A stretch of 64,000 bases of DNA, taken from Psammoneis japonica. Taxonomy: Eukaryota. Made by a program: the position numbers and the translations under genes. Positions 24,912 to 38,129 of the stretch are shown here, piece after piece; the stretch's first letter is position 1; each line of letters starts with the position of its first letter. The notes beneath the pieces were generated by a model. It was given only the letters and a program-made list of their open reading frames with translations, did not search any database and was not told where the DNA came from. The DNA is taken from positions 1 through 64,000 of the forward strand of contig QPGO01000167.1 of NCBI GenBank assembly GCA_008632985.1. Reading direction: 5' to 3'.

Positions 24912-25369
24912 AGGGTTTGGGCCGATTTCTGGTACAAAACTCACGTAGAAAATTCGCGTAGAATATTTTGTTCGTCGTGCTTTTCCCGTGCTTTGCGAAA
25001 AATAGGCCACGACCTCAAGGAATCGATTTCAGTCATAACGGTTGACACTTTGCGTACTTACTTTTTGATGACAAACACGACGATGTCCACCGTTCGGCAA
25101 AATTCCATCATTGGAAAATGTTTACCGTGGTAGGACCGTAGTGAAGTGTTGATCGAATTTCTGAAAATGGAATTTTGAAGTGTTCACGCACAGAATCGTG
25201 TTACTTATGTAAAAGTCATCATGTAAAGTGTCAATGGTTTCAGGGGAAAACGATTCCTTGAGGCGTCGGTGGAGCAGAGAAGCACGGTAGAAGCACGAGA
25301 AAAAAATCGGCCCAAACCCTAATTTTTATATTTTTTCTACGTAAAATTTCTACGTGATTTTTGTACCAG
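24912..25369. mobile_element. Putative foldback/MITE-like element with modular imperfect inverted ends
   Basis: Modules AGGGTTTGGGCCGATTT, CTGGTACAAAA.TCACGTAGAAA, TCGTGCTT.T.CCGTGCTT and CCTCAAGGAATCG.TTTC at 24912-25030 recur reverse-complemented at 25246-25369. Confidence 0.55.
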
Positions 25370-25774
25370 TGCACATGGCTTATTGTAAAGCGCATCTCGT
25401 TTCGCGCACCGCGGCGCCGCTGCTGCGCTCCGCCCGCACACGCGATGTCGCGCACTTGCGTCGTCACCACACACATTCGTCATGACTATTTTTCAGAAAG
25501 TCTTTAAGAGGTTTTGCAAAATATAACTCTTTGTGAACGAAGAAACGTTATTCTTCGTAGGTTGAAGGGGAAAATCTGTACGTAGAAACCATACAGATTC
25601 CTACAGGCATTGTTCTTTTGGCTTTTTTGTTCCGCGTTTCGCGAGCGAAGTTGTGTGGCACTCTTCAACGCAACGCGCATGTTTTGTTGTTGTTCTTCAT
25701 CTTGACGCTTGCAAAAAGCTCTCTCAAAGATACAGTACAAAGCAACGCTGTTATCGTCTCGTTGTATAATAACC

Positions 25775-27433
25775 ATGAGCGGTGACGACTTGTATGAACA
25801 ATGCCTCCTTGAGGTTGACGACTCGAATGATGTACACGACTTGCTTCGTTGTGTCGCTCGAGCTACTACTACTACTCTGAATAATCCCGACGGAGTTCCG
25901 AATCAACAGGATCGATTCCTGGCTGAAACGGCTCTTGAGTTTGCCAGTTCCTTTCTCTTTGTAATTTTCGCCGCCATGGTCTTCATGATGCAGGGTGGCT
26001 TTGCCATGTTGTGTGCCGGTTGTGTCCGAAAGAAAAATGTCAGCAACAGCATGCTCAAGAATCTGTTGGATGCGTGTGGAGCGGCTGTCGCATACTTTAC
26101 CGTGGGATATGCCTTTGCGTTTGGAGGCACATCACCCGACTCGACCGACAAGACCTTTATTGGGAATGCCAACTTTTTTCTCATGGATGTGGATGATTAC
26201 GCCTTTTGGTTGTTTCAGTACACCTTCACGGCGGCTGCAACGACGATTGTGGCTGGGACGTTGGCGGAGAGGTGTACCATGGTTGCGTACCTCATGTATA
26301 GCATGTTATTGGCCGGCTTTGTCTACCCAGTTATTGTTCGGGCGTTTTGGAGTACCGAAGGGTTTCTTAGTCCCAATGCAAACGAGCCACTATGGGGAAC
26401 TGGAGTGATTGACTTTGCAGGATCTGGTGTGGTACATTTGACTGGAGGTATTACGGCGATCCTGGCAACGAGCATTCTTGGACCTCGTCAAGGTCGTTTC
26501 CATGATGAGGAAGGACGCCAGTTGGAAGTCCCAAATGAAATCAAGGGACACTCAGTCGCATTGCAGGTGAGTTAAGGAGCATACAGTACGGTATTTCTGT
26601 GATGAAATCGAATTCACTCATCCTGTATGATTCGTTCTTGTCCTTAGATTCTCGGTACATTTATGCTATGGTTTGGTTGGTACGGATTCAACGTCGGTTC
26701 TGCCTTGACCATGCCCAATACCGAGTCACTCGGTGCCGTGGGCGCCTTGGCCGGTGTCAACACGGCTCTTTCGGGCGGTGCCGGTGGCATGACGGCACTT
26801 TTTGTCAATCTCATTATATTGGAACGCCGCACCGGTGAACCAATCTTTGACTTGAAGTACGCCATGAATGGTGCACTCGCTGGACTCGTCGCTATTACCG
26901 GTGGATGTGGCGTAGTGGAACCATGGGCGGCCGTGTTGGTGGGCTTTATTGCAGGAATTTTATACATTTTTGGATCCTGGGCTCTCATCAAGATGCGTTT
27001 GGACGACGCGGTGGATGCTATCCCCGTCCATATGCTTAACGGATTATGGGGATTGGTTGCAGTCGGTTTCCTCGCGTCACCCTCAAGACTCGAAGATGCC
27101 TATGGTCGGTCCAAGCATGTCGGTTGGTGCTATTCGTGGGGTCGGGGAAGCAGCGACGCGACCCTGCTCGGTGCCCAACTAGTTGGTGCACTTTTCATTA
27201 TTGGATGGGTCACTGTAATCATGTTTCCGTTCTTCTTTTATTTGAATTGGAAGGGATGGTTTCGCTCGGACCCGCTCGAAGAGTTGGTTGGATTGGACAC
27301 GTCCTACCATGGTGGCTTGGCTCTACGTGGCGAGGACGTCAATCCAGAATACATTAGTGCCTTCAAGAAACAACGTGATGAACGCACTGAGCGTCGCATG
27401 AGTCGACGATCCATATCCAACGATGAGCTCTAA
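25775..27433 (+). CDS. AMT: Ammonium transporter, paralogue 2; exons 25775..26566, 26648..27433
   Basis: Same motifs and same intron position as 22273..24029. Confidence 0.95.
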
Positions 27434-27831
27434 CGCTGTCACCGACCAAGGTTGGTGAGATTTTTTACGTTTTTTTTGTCCATCTACTACATTTGAAAAG
27501 GAGGAAGGAACGGAGGTGTATGCAGCAAGTTAGAAAACTGAGACGCTATTCAAAATAGTGTGTAACTTTTATAAGACTACCAGATCGATTAGGGTTTTGA
27601 ATCAGCGATTTGTGATGAAAGGGAACCGATGATCTAGAGGTTATGAGACGCATAGTTGCGGTTACTGTTGAGACTTATCCATATTCTCTCGGAGTCGCGT
27701 ACCTCTGGATCACCATTGCGACTATAAATTGTTCCGAAGCAAGCATACTCTTTCTTGATGAATCTTTTTATAATACGCAAGTATCCATCCTGCAGTACCT
27801 TCATGAACTTATTGCATTTGTGATAGCCACC

Positions 27832-30585
27832 TTACTCAATATTCATTTGCGCATCTGTTGGCGAGGATGGTAAAGAGTCTTGAGTCGTTCGTGTGCGGTC
27901 AGTCGACACCGAATCATTTTCTGATTCTTCGTCAGAGCCCTCCTCGCCCTTGTGATTCGAAAGCATCCTCTCGAGTGTCCGTTTGGATCGCTTCTGCGGT
28001 ACCTTCCCACTCCTTGATTCCTTTTTCAACATATCCATCATGTCGCGAACCTTCCTCAGAATTCGAATCTCGCTCGTGACTTGAAAGTGTTGTTCGTTCA
28101 GGCATTCGATAAAACGAGGATTCTTCGTGATGCATGCCAGGCGGCCAGCGCTGCCTCTGGCGTCTCGCCCTTGGCCACACATTCTTGTAGAAAATCCTTT
28201 AAAAGTACGTTGCCAATATGCGTATACGATCCAATCCCAAGGTAAACGTCATGCTTCCTTGGTTGGACGGGGATCCTTCCGTTTCCCCCCGATTGAAGCG
28301 ACTTTTTCGCTGCAATGGCTTCGGCCACTTTGAGCTCGAGCACTTGCTCGTCTGCAATTTCATACCACCTGCGATCCCTAAACTCGAGAAACCGACCTCC
28401 ATTGTATTTGTCCTTTTCATCCCAACTCACTAGAGCATTTGGGGCATCCAGCCCTTCCCATGCACAACTCGTCAGTAGCGCGTGGAAAGCACTGTTTGAC
28501 GGGTTCCTAACGCTTTCACGGTTAACACAAACATCATTGTCCCTCAGACGATCCTTGATTGGTACCAATCCGTTTGCTGATCTCGAGTCGAACTCTACAG
28601 AATCGTCGTCCTCCTCCTCCTCCGCGGGAGTTTTGAGTGGAATATTCTTTCTCTTGAGCTGCCATCGTGTCTTGCTCATGAGTGCTTTAATCTTGTGTCG
28701 GGTTTGTGCTTCATCCAGCACCTCGCGCCATTCCCCATCGACGCATTCCATGAACCGTCCACCCTTGGCCTTCAGGAGCGCGTTCCACTTTTTACCGCGT
28801 AATCCAAGTTTCGACTCTCGCCAGCCCATTCTTGAATTGTTTTGCGAAAGACGACGGTTCCAGGAGTGTCCTTGTGCTTGTGGCTAAAACAAACATCCAC
28901 GTCCGTGGGTGGACCTGATGGCTTGGATTTCGGCCGGGTCTTGAGTTTGGCTAGTTTTCGATTCCATGGCGCTACCTTGAGGGGTTCCCGAGGAGCAGCT
29001 GGCTTTGGCTTTCGGGGAGCAGCTTTCGGAGGCTGTCTGGTAGTACGTGGCTTCGCTTGTCGAACCGTAGGTGGCGCTGGCTGTTGGGCAGAAGACTTCG
29101 GCGGCTGTCGAGGAGCAGCTTTCGGTGGCTGTCGAATAGGAGGTGCCACTGGCTGTTGGGAAGGAAACGCCGGTGGCTGCTTCTGAATGGGGTGTGACGG
29201 CGGAGGCTTCGACACTATCCTGGGTTTCTTTTTTGCAGGCTGGCGTGAGGGTGACAGATGCAAGCAGTTAATATTCGCATCATCATTTCCTTCAAACATC
29301 TCGTCGCCGTTTTCAATCAACGAAATCGTATTCTTCATAATTCTGGTAATAAATCGACGAATCTCTTTCTCATCATCGACATGATTCCATTGACTTCCAA
29401 TCTTGTTCAAGAACCGTCCTCCTAATTTTCTTTCCTTCCAAAGTTCAAGAGTCTCTCGGCTGGTACGGTCCTCCAGTGTGCATCGTCTCACAAAGCGACA
29501 AAATTCCATGGTTCGAGGTTTGTTGCAATGAGCACTGCTGCCAAACAAGACATCCTTGTCGTTCTTGGGAACAATGCGGCCAGGTTTGTCAGACAATTGG
29601 TGCGTCAAACTTGAAGGAGAAGAAGACGCACGAAGGCTACGTCGTAGTGTTGGTGTCGTCTTGGCTGGGATTGACGAGGATTGCTTCTCTTTGGATGGAG
29701 GGGATCCAAGATTGATGGAAGCTAGGTCACGAGATACAACGTAGAGAGAAGTGAGCTGTTTTCAACGTCATCATACGTGCGAAAGGCATACATTTTCTTA
29801 CCTTTTGGATCCACGTTTTCGTCCGTGTTATCCTTGGTCAACGTCTCTGTTGCATGGTAAACCCCACTGACGGATGCAGCTGAGGGTTTTACAACTCCCG
29901 GCAAAACCTGAATGTTGCTGTCCGCCTCCGTGACCACGTCTTTACCTTCGTCCATTGTTTTCTTGATTTCGAGCATACTCTCCGTTAGTATCTGTTGAAT
30001 ACGCTGCTCATCCGTCACTTGTGTCCAGACACCATTATCCAGACGCTCAATGAAGCGACTGCCTGTTTTGGCTTGAACCTTTTTCCACGCAACGAGCACA
30101 TCCTTGTCGAGGAATTTCAGTTCTACAAAGCGCTTTAAAAAATCCGTGTACTCGACATTGCCTCGTGTCCACGAACCCGTCCGAAAGCAAACGTCATGTT
30201 CTGTTGGAACAATAGTATTACCACTACCAATGGCATCGGCATTTTTCAGTCTCTTCATGTAATATCCCACCTTGATCGAGATACGCCGTGGATCCGTGAC
30301 GTGATAGTACTTTCCCATGAAGACTTCAACATAGCGACCACCTGTATGTTCTTGTCGTTTCTCCCACTCTTTCAACGCATGGTCTAGACTCAAATCCTCT
30401 CGAATGCATGTCTTCAACAGTTCCCGATGTGCGACATTTTCCGGTTTCTTGCAGTATTCCCCCAAACCAAAGTACAAGTCTTTGTCGGTAGGAACACAAA
30501 ACACGTCGGACGGTGGTGGCTGGTTTTCAGCCGTAAGTGTTGGTGCATTGGTAGCCGGTGTCGTTGTCGGTAATGATGCCGCCAT
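27832..30585 (-). CDS. Protein with ~6 copies of a diatom DUF6824-like domain; intron 29722..29801; apparent 1-bp frameshifts at ~28792 and ~28130
   Basis: Recurrent P...DV.FG......GN..F ... W.......GGRF.E..D..W..V.DE..I..K. The intron joins ORFs 1 and 2 in frame, and the domain continues across both frame breaks. Confidence 0.7.
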
Positions 30586-31303
30586 GTGAAATTTGAATTC
30601 TTCTGTGTGTTATTGCGCGTGGAAGCAAATCGAAGGAATCGCACGTGATTGATTAGCACGAGTCAAAATTAGCCGGTGGAAGTGAATGCAACAGAACGAC
30701 ACGAACGCACTTACCCTTGCCTGTGTTGCCTGTGTTTCACACCGTATGAATGTATGCTATAACGATACTACTAACGGTGACCTTGATTGCGTTGAAACAG
30801 CGTCGTTGATGACAATAAGGACAAGAACAACGACGTCGTTGCTTTGCAGGGTCCGTGATGGTTTGTTAGTTGCGCTCCAGATTTTTTGTTCGAGTTCTGC
30901 CTGCGTATGACTTGGTATTGTTTCTACGCCGTCCCGACTTTGGTTTCCCGGCGCGTGTCGCCATAGCGCATGGAAGACACGCGTATGAAACTCCTCAGGT
31001 CTGAATACAGTAAATTTTCAAATCGCCGTCCACGACGGGATCTCGTCGCAAAATAAGATAACTTCTTTCTTCTCGATCTCCTCGTAGTCTAGAGGGCCTA
31101 CAAGGCAAAGAACCGCATGAGACGGGGAAACAAAAGAGTAACCTGAAGCAAAGAAAAGTGAGAGTGGTGGTGCTTGAAAGTTTTATTTAATTTGACTTTG
31201 CAGAGCCTCTTAATCTAGTATTTTTTTTTATAGAAACCAGATCTTTAGATGAAAAGTAGTATAGACTGTAAATGGAAAGATTGTAGTTAGAGAGTTCACT
31301 TGC

Positions 31304-34300
31304 CTATCTTCTCTTGCGCTTGCCATGGCGAACAACGGTTGACATTTGCTCCACCGCCGCTCGTCTATTCTTTTTGGTATAACTCTTGCCATCAAGAGGT
31401 ACATAGGCATATGGCTCGTACTTTTGATCCTTTCTCTTGACGTCACCACCAGCCTTTTTCGACTTGTAAGCCGCGCCCAGCGCTTTTGGTTCTTGTTTCT
31501 TCTTTTTCTTTTCGTCTCGCGCCGCCTTGGCGCTCTCGTACTTGCTCAAGCGTCGCTTTTTGCCACCAAATTTGATTTCGGCGTTTTCTTCCTGGTCCTC
31601 GTCGTCGTAATCACCCATGGCATTGTTGTCTTTGCTATCATCGTCATCATCAGGGACAACGAGACGTCCCTCGTCATCAAATTCCATGACACCTAGACTA
31701 TCATCATCGTCATCACTATCGGCATCTTGCTCAGCAAAATGAACGCTCTTTGCCATTTTAGGATCCAACATATCCATGACATCACCATCCTCTGTCTCGA
31801 CACGCAACTGCGCTTGCGGCAACTTCTTGGAAACAGAAGCTCTACTTCTTTTGGTAGACGTGGCGGCACTCTTGTCTCCCACAATTGTACCACCCCGGGT
31901 GGCAGCCGCACCCCGCAAGCTCCTGCCGGTTCGACCCGTCATGGCCGTAAAGCCCGTAGCACCCGTCATGAGGGTTCTGCCATCGTCCGAATCTTCCTCG
32001 TCGGATTCCATCATGTCATCGTATGCCACATCACCACCAACACCTCCGGTTTCTTTTCGTCGTTTGGCTCGTTCGTCCAATTTGCGCATGTGCGTCAACA
32101 ACCGGGCATTGTCGTCGGGAACAAGAGGCAAGAGTTTGTCGTAGCCAAAGGTTCTGACAAGCTTTTTGAGAATGATTTTAATCTTGGCACGGAACCGATC
32201 CTTGCCACGACCATACTTTAACATGCCCGTCATGAGTTCGGGCAAGAGCGGCTCGAGCTGTTGCGGTGTCATGGCGGCGACACTGACACGGACAAAGCCA
32301 ATGACGCTCTTGAGTACTTCACGACAATTCTCATCAAAGAGCACCAAAATGGTTTGCAACAGCGACGGGACGAGTGCTTGGACACGCATGTCGTTCCGGG
32401 CATACTCAAAGACCAAGCGAGAGGATGCCATGACGGCGGCCGATCTCATGTGGGGTGTTTCGGCACCGAGTGCGGCCAAAATGATTTTAAAGTACTCAAC
32501 AATGTCGTCGTCGTAAAGGGCAGCCATGGATATCAAGAGCTGATAGGCAGCTTCGCGCGTCTTGCCATTGGAATCCTTGAGACACAACAACACCTCACCG
32601 ACAATTTTGGATATGAGTGTCTAGCCAAAAGCAACGGGGGAATAGCACTGCGTAAGTCTATCGTACAGCTCAAAAACAATTACGCATAATATATACTTTG
32701 TTTCAACAATCTCACCTTGTGTTTTGGGTTGGAGTAATTCAAATTCTCCACAATACACGTAATACATTTGAGTCGCATATGCCGCGCCGAGATTTGGCAC
32801 GTCATGATGGAACCCGTCAAGAGTTCAATCATGCCATCCAAATGATCTTCCGACGTGACAAAGCTGGGATAGTGGACGCAAACCTCGGCCATGCACTTGT
32901 AGGCTCGCTTTTGGACACGAGCTTCCCATTCATCACTGCGACAGAGTGGTTTCAGTGTTCGGTACAAGAGAGCAACGGAATCATGGTGGAGCGATTCGGA
33001 AACCACCAGCGCTTGCGCCAATCCCAACAGCGTACAAATCTTTTCATCCTGGTTCGATTGGGTTGCCAGCAAGAGACGTTGCATAATTTTGGAAAAGAGT
33101 TTTTGAAGAAACTCTTTTGGTGCCAACCGCGCCAGAGCGGCAATGGCTTGGGTGACACTCTGGGCACGTTGGGAAACCAAAAACGACTGGTTCTTGTCTG
33201 CTGTAGTAGATGTTTCCATGGCATCGTCGTCGTTCGTCGCCTTGGTGCTTGTTCCGTGCAACGTCTCGACAAGTTTAAACAAGGCTGGCAACGTCTTGAC
33301 GGATACTTGCTGCATGACTGCCAGATCCTGTTCGTGATTTGATTCTTCTCCTCCTTCGATAGTATCTTGGCGGTCCAAGACACCCGAAACGAGCATCTTG
33401 AGTCCACCGCATATCGTTGTCTGTAGGGTGTATTGAATAAATTGCAAAAGATATAAGACAACACGATAACATTACAGCCCGACGACGACACATATTGTAT
33501 ACAACATATTATATACTCACAATGAGTTGAGGATATCGATTGTGATCTCCCAAGGCCTTGATGAAGGTTTGCGAAAGCGACGGCATGCACGTGGCCAAAT
33601 CGGGTGGAGAAGGTCCTTGACAAATCACTGGCAACAGCATCCACAAATCCACCACACGCGCCTTGTAATAATGCTGTTTTGACTTTTGTTGCGAGGACAG
33701 TACATCACAACGTCGGGCAAGTGGTAAAATTGTTTCCTGAAAGAATGCCAATGGCTGTGGCTGTTCAAAATGGCATTCTCGTAGTAACACCAAGATCCAA
33801 TCCTTTTTTTTGTTATTTGGTTTCCAATCCAACCAAGGCCAAGCGGTCGTTAAACCAATACCTTGAATCAACATTTTAAGACCGTCATCGACGTGCATAG
33901 AGGAGGACGAGTTGGACAGTAGGGATGTTCTCAAATCCACAAAACTCGTCGTGACGTGTTGGCACTGCGACGAGGATGATGCGTCATCCAAAAGAGAATA
34001 ATGCTGCAACACCATAATGACAAGTGGTGTCAACGTTACCGACCAAGTGGAACGGTACGAATGCAACAAAATGGGTCCGTGCATGTTCGTAATGCACGTT
34101 TCCAAACACTTGAGTCTTTCTTCTTGTAGACTATCCGTTCTTTTTTCAGCATTGCCAAGTGCAGTACTTCGCAACAAGAAAGTCAATTCCACCATGACAT
34201 CTTGTGCCACCACCGCCATGTCGTCATGTGAGTAGTTTTTCAAGAGAATCAAAATACGAGACAATGCCACGGGAAACAGCTTGTATCCAATTTGTTCTTG

Positions 34301-35494
34301 TTCTTGTTGTTGTGATTGCAACAATCGTGTACAAGACGTCAAGAGAATCTTGCTGTACAAGATTGTGGCTTCAGCAGAAGAAGAATCCTTCATCATCACG
34401 TTGTTATTGCTTTGCAACAAACTCGCCAAGACGGCATCATAGTTGGTACAATCGGAATGAGACACGCACGTATACAAGACTTGCAAAAGATGTGTACAAA
34501 GATGTGTGCGATACTCGTTTTGTTTCTTCTTGGTCGTTGCCGTCACGTCGACAAACATGGAATTATTGTTGTTATCGTTTTCTTGTTGTTGTTGCTGCAA
34601 CAAAAGCAGTTTGGTTACGGCCGTACCAAAGGCATTGACATCCAAATATGGGACAATTTGATTCAAGAATTGCAAATCGTGCAACACCTTGGCATTGTTG
34701 TCATTTTGATTGGTTTCGTCGTCGTCCAACAACAGTACGGCATTCGTGTAGTTCGAGACGGTTTGTTGAACAACTCGAGTCACAACAACGACATCATCTT
34801 GTTGCGGTTGTTGTTGCAATAGCACTACGACACATTCTTGTGCGTGCTTTCGTACCTTTGGTTTGACATCACGACACAAATGCAATAGCGTATATTGAAG
34901 CAAGTTTTGAACTTGTTGTTCTTCTTGTCGTTTAGAGAGTGATGATGATGATGATGTATTGAGTTTTTGCAACAAATCCATCGATACATCACAGACGGCA
35001 CGCAACGTGGCATTGGGACCAATCGTATTCTTGTTTTGTTGTTTTTGTTGTTTTTGTTTTTTCGTAGGACTACCAGAATGTTCCATCCCTTCCAGTGTTG
35101 CCATGATTTTGACAGTCGCCTTGCATAGACGTACCATCCAACCCATGGTCGTCCATAACGTTGGAATGGAAACGTAGGGAAGAACGTATTGCATCAAATC
35201 CAAAAACGCCACGAGCGTAGTACATGATATTTCGTCTTGTTCTTCTTGTTGTTTCACCAATGATCCTTCCATGGCGGCCAAGATATTGGTATACACGGTT
35301 GCAGCCAAGACTGCATCGTCTTCTTCTTCTTGATTATTATTTACCAGTAGCTCCTTCATGGCGGCTGCCACGGCACCGAGTCGCAACGAACGAGGATTGT
35401 TCTTTTTCTTCTTGGAGGATTCAATCAAATCATCAAGAACTTGAACAAAATTGTCGGAAGAATCATCATCATTATTGTGTTGATCCGTCCGCAT
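31304..35494 (-). CDS. RRP12: RRP12-like ribosome biogenesis protein (NUC173/HEAT); exons 35494..33521, 33420..32716, 32620..31304
   Basis: D.KPKVRK.AQ, LAFFQE.ILPLA, LW.LLP.IC..P.D, RVQKRAYK, EVLLCLKD.N.KTR, and C-terminal YKSKKAGGDVKR..KYEPYAYVPL. Both introns keep the frame. Confidence 0.9.
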
Positions 35495-37853
35495 GATGCT
35501 GTTGCAATGTTGATCTTGAGAGAGTAGTAGTAGTAACAAGTTGTGTTGCTTTATTTTTTCTCAACAGCAATCGACTTGTTCTTGTTGTTGGTCCTTTTTT
35601 TGTTTGTTTGTTTGCGATGAAGTGAGAGCCGACGAGTGGCTGTCAGGCATGACGGCTAGCGGACGGACATGATTTTCGAAAATTCAATCCAAAACCTTTT
35701 TGGGAATCTTTCTGGAAGGAACCATGTTCGGCGGCATTTAGGCTGACAACCCCAATCAAGCATCATCATGCTCTGTCGTCACAAAAGAGCCGAAAAATTT
35801 GTCAATGCAAGTGCCTTGGATTGAAAGCCAACCATTGCACTCTTTTGACCAACAAGGCGCCAGCGTCGCTGCTGTTTCCGGGCCAATGTGCAAACAGCAC
35901 TTGCGAGACTGTGTGACAAGCTCAGAACTGCTCGAGTTTGCCTGGCCATGTCATGGAAAAGATTCAGCCTCCACACCCTTTTTTGCTTTGCGCAAAGGGA
36001 AGCAGAGCAAGAACACACATCTGAGATCCACCAAGCTCCCCTTGCAAAACAACATGAAGGAGCTTTCTTTTCCTCCTCACATCCTGTGCAAACTCAGCTG
36101 CAAAGCATGCTTCATCTTTTGTGCTTCCTTGTGAGGTCTCACTTTGCAAGCAACAAGTGCATCAAAAGGGAGGGCTGCGTGTGCAGGTTGGCCAGTCAAT
36201 TGCACCCAATGTGACATTTTTAGAAATGTGCACTCACACACATTTAACTTCATGACTGAAGGTGGTGCAAATCTGTTTGAGACCAGATTTGAGATCCTCT
36301 CGCCGAGTGGACCGCCCCAACCTGAACTTTCAAATGGATTTGTGCCACCTTTGGTGATGGAGACATTTGATGTTCTTTTTTGTCGCAGTGTGAGATCATT
36401 GCAAGATTGCCATGATGTCACCAATGCAGCAGCAGCAACAGCGCGGTTTCTGCGCACAGGCAGCAAGAGCACCAATCTCATCACCGTTGGCTCCTCCATG
36501 TTTGACAGAGTTGGGACAAGGCTGAGACTGGCTGCAGCACTGCAAGTCTCATCACACAACTTTGCAAAATTTCATCTCCCAGTGCTGTGTTGTCCATGCT
36601 TGATTTACAATGCTCTTGGCAGCTTGTTGGCAACTTGCAGGTGCAGTCTGTCCTCTTGTTTAGAAGTGGCTGTCTCTGAACATGCATGCATTGCATTCTG
36701 CTGTTGACCTGAGCTTGTGATGCTGCCAAATCATTTCTTGTTTGCTTGCATTTTTGTGTGCCATCTGTCCAACAGCAGCAATGAGGACTGCTCTTGGGTC
36801 TCCATTTCAGTTCAAGACAAAAAAATTGCACCTGGTTTTGTCAAAATTCATCTTCCGGCACGTTTGGTCATTGCTTCCACCTGAAAGCCACAGCACCTCA
36901 CACATCTGGATTGGCGCCAACTTCATTTCAACACTTTCACCTCTTGCTTTTTTCTTGCATCTCCAACATGCTGCCATGGGTGGGTTGAGAGAATGTTGGG
37001 GATCGAGCTCGGGGCTGCATCATTTGGGTTCCTCCAGTGTGGGCCAGTGCATTGTTGCAACCTGACAACCATTTTTGGACATGCCAAAAAGCTTTTTGCA
37101 CACTGCTGCCTTCTTCTTCAAGTGTGGCAGCTGCAACCCAAGGAGGATTTGCCATTGAAGATTTCATTAAAAAATCTGGAGGCAGGGCAGAATGTCTTTG
37201 CAAGGATTGGCACAGAGGGCAAGTGTGCTGCATCTCAAATGCAAGCACTTTGTTGCCAGGCTGTTGGAGAATCCGTGCAAACTCAAAAAGGGGGGAACGT
37301 GTGGCATGAACAGATTCAATGCTGGCTGGTTTGTGGTGCTTGGATTTGTTGGCATGATCAAAAAGAAAAGTCAGCAACAGGGGAGACCACTGGTGTGAGC
37401 CAACTGGAAATGAGCACGTGGTGCAATGTGCAGCAACAAGTTCGTCAGCAGAAGCATTTGGCAAGATGTCATGCTCACTCACACCCCATGTGAGAAAAGG
37501 CTCTGTGGGCTTGAGAGAGCCTTGGAAGATGCCACACAATGGCGCGGCACACTCACATCTCACATCACATGATTTGCATTCATTGCCAATAAAAAAGGGA
37601 CAACATGTGCTGCTTGTTTTTTTAAAAGTTCACCTGCCACATCAATCTCAGTTTCTGAATGTGAAACATTGAAAATCAGGCGCGTTTGTCTCTCACAGTG
37701 CCTTGTTGCCATCATGCAGGATTGAATTTGCTTGATGCAAACATTAAAAACAGGCACTCTTTCATGCTGGTGGTGCAGATTTAAATGGCTTTATTCATTT
37801 CTGTTTGCATCATCTCATGTCCCACAGTGCTGTTTGTGGAAAGTGCCCCAGAG

Positions 37854-38129
37854 TGACAGAAATTGAAGGCAAATGGCAAGAATTCAAACAACAACTCCTT
37901 GCTGCTGTCTAAATGGCAGATGAGTCTCCGCTCAGAGACTGTTGCAGGAGCCGAAAGATGTGTGAGTCGGCACAATCGGGCCACTGTTGTCATTCTTGTG
38001 AGCCTTGTGGCTCGAAAGCAAACTGCATCGCGTGCGAACGCGCGGAACTGAAGCACACAAAACTGTGCGCGGCAAACTAAACAGCGCGCAACATTTTGCG
38101 CGCACCCAAATCCTGTTCAAATCCTGTCA
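37854..38129 (-). repeat. 3' LTR
   Basis: 276 bp, preceded on the minus strand by the purine tract GGGGAG (38130..38135). Confidence 0.95.
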
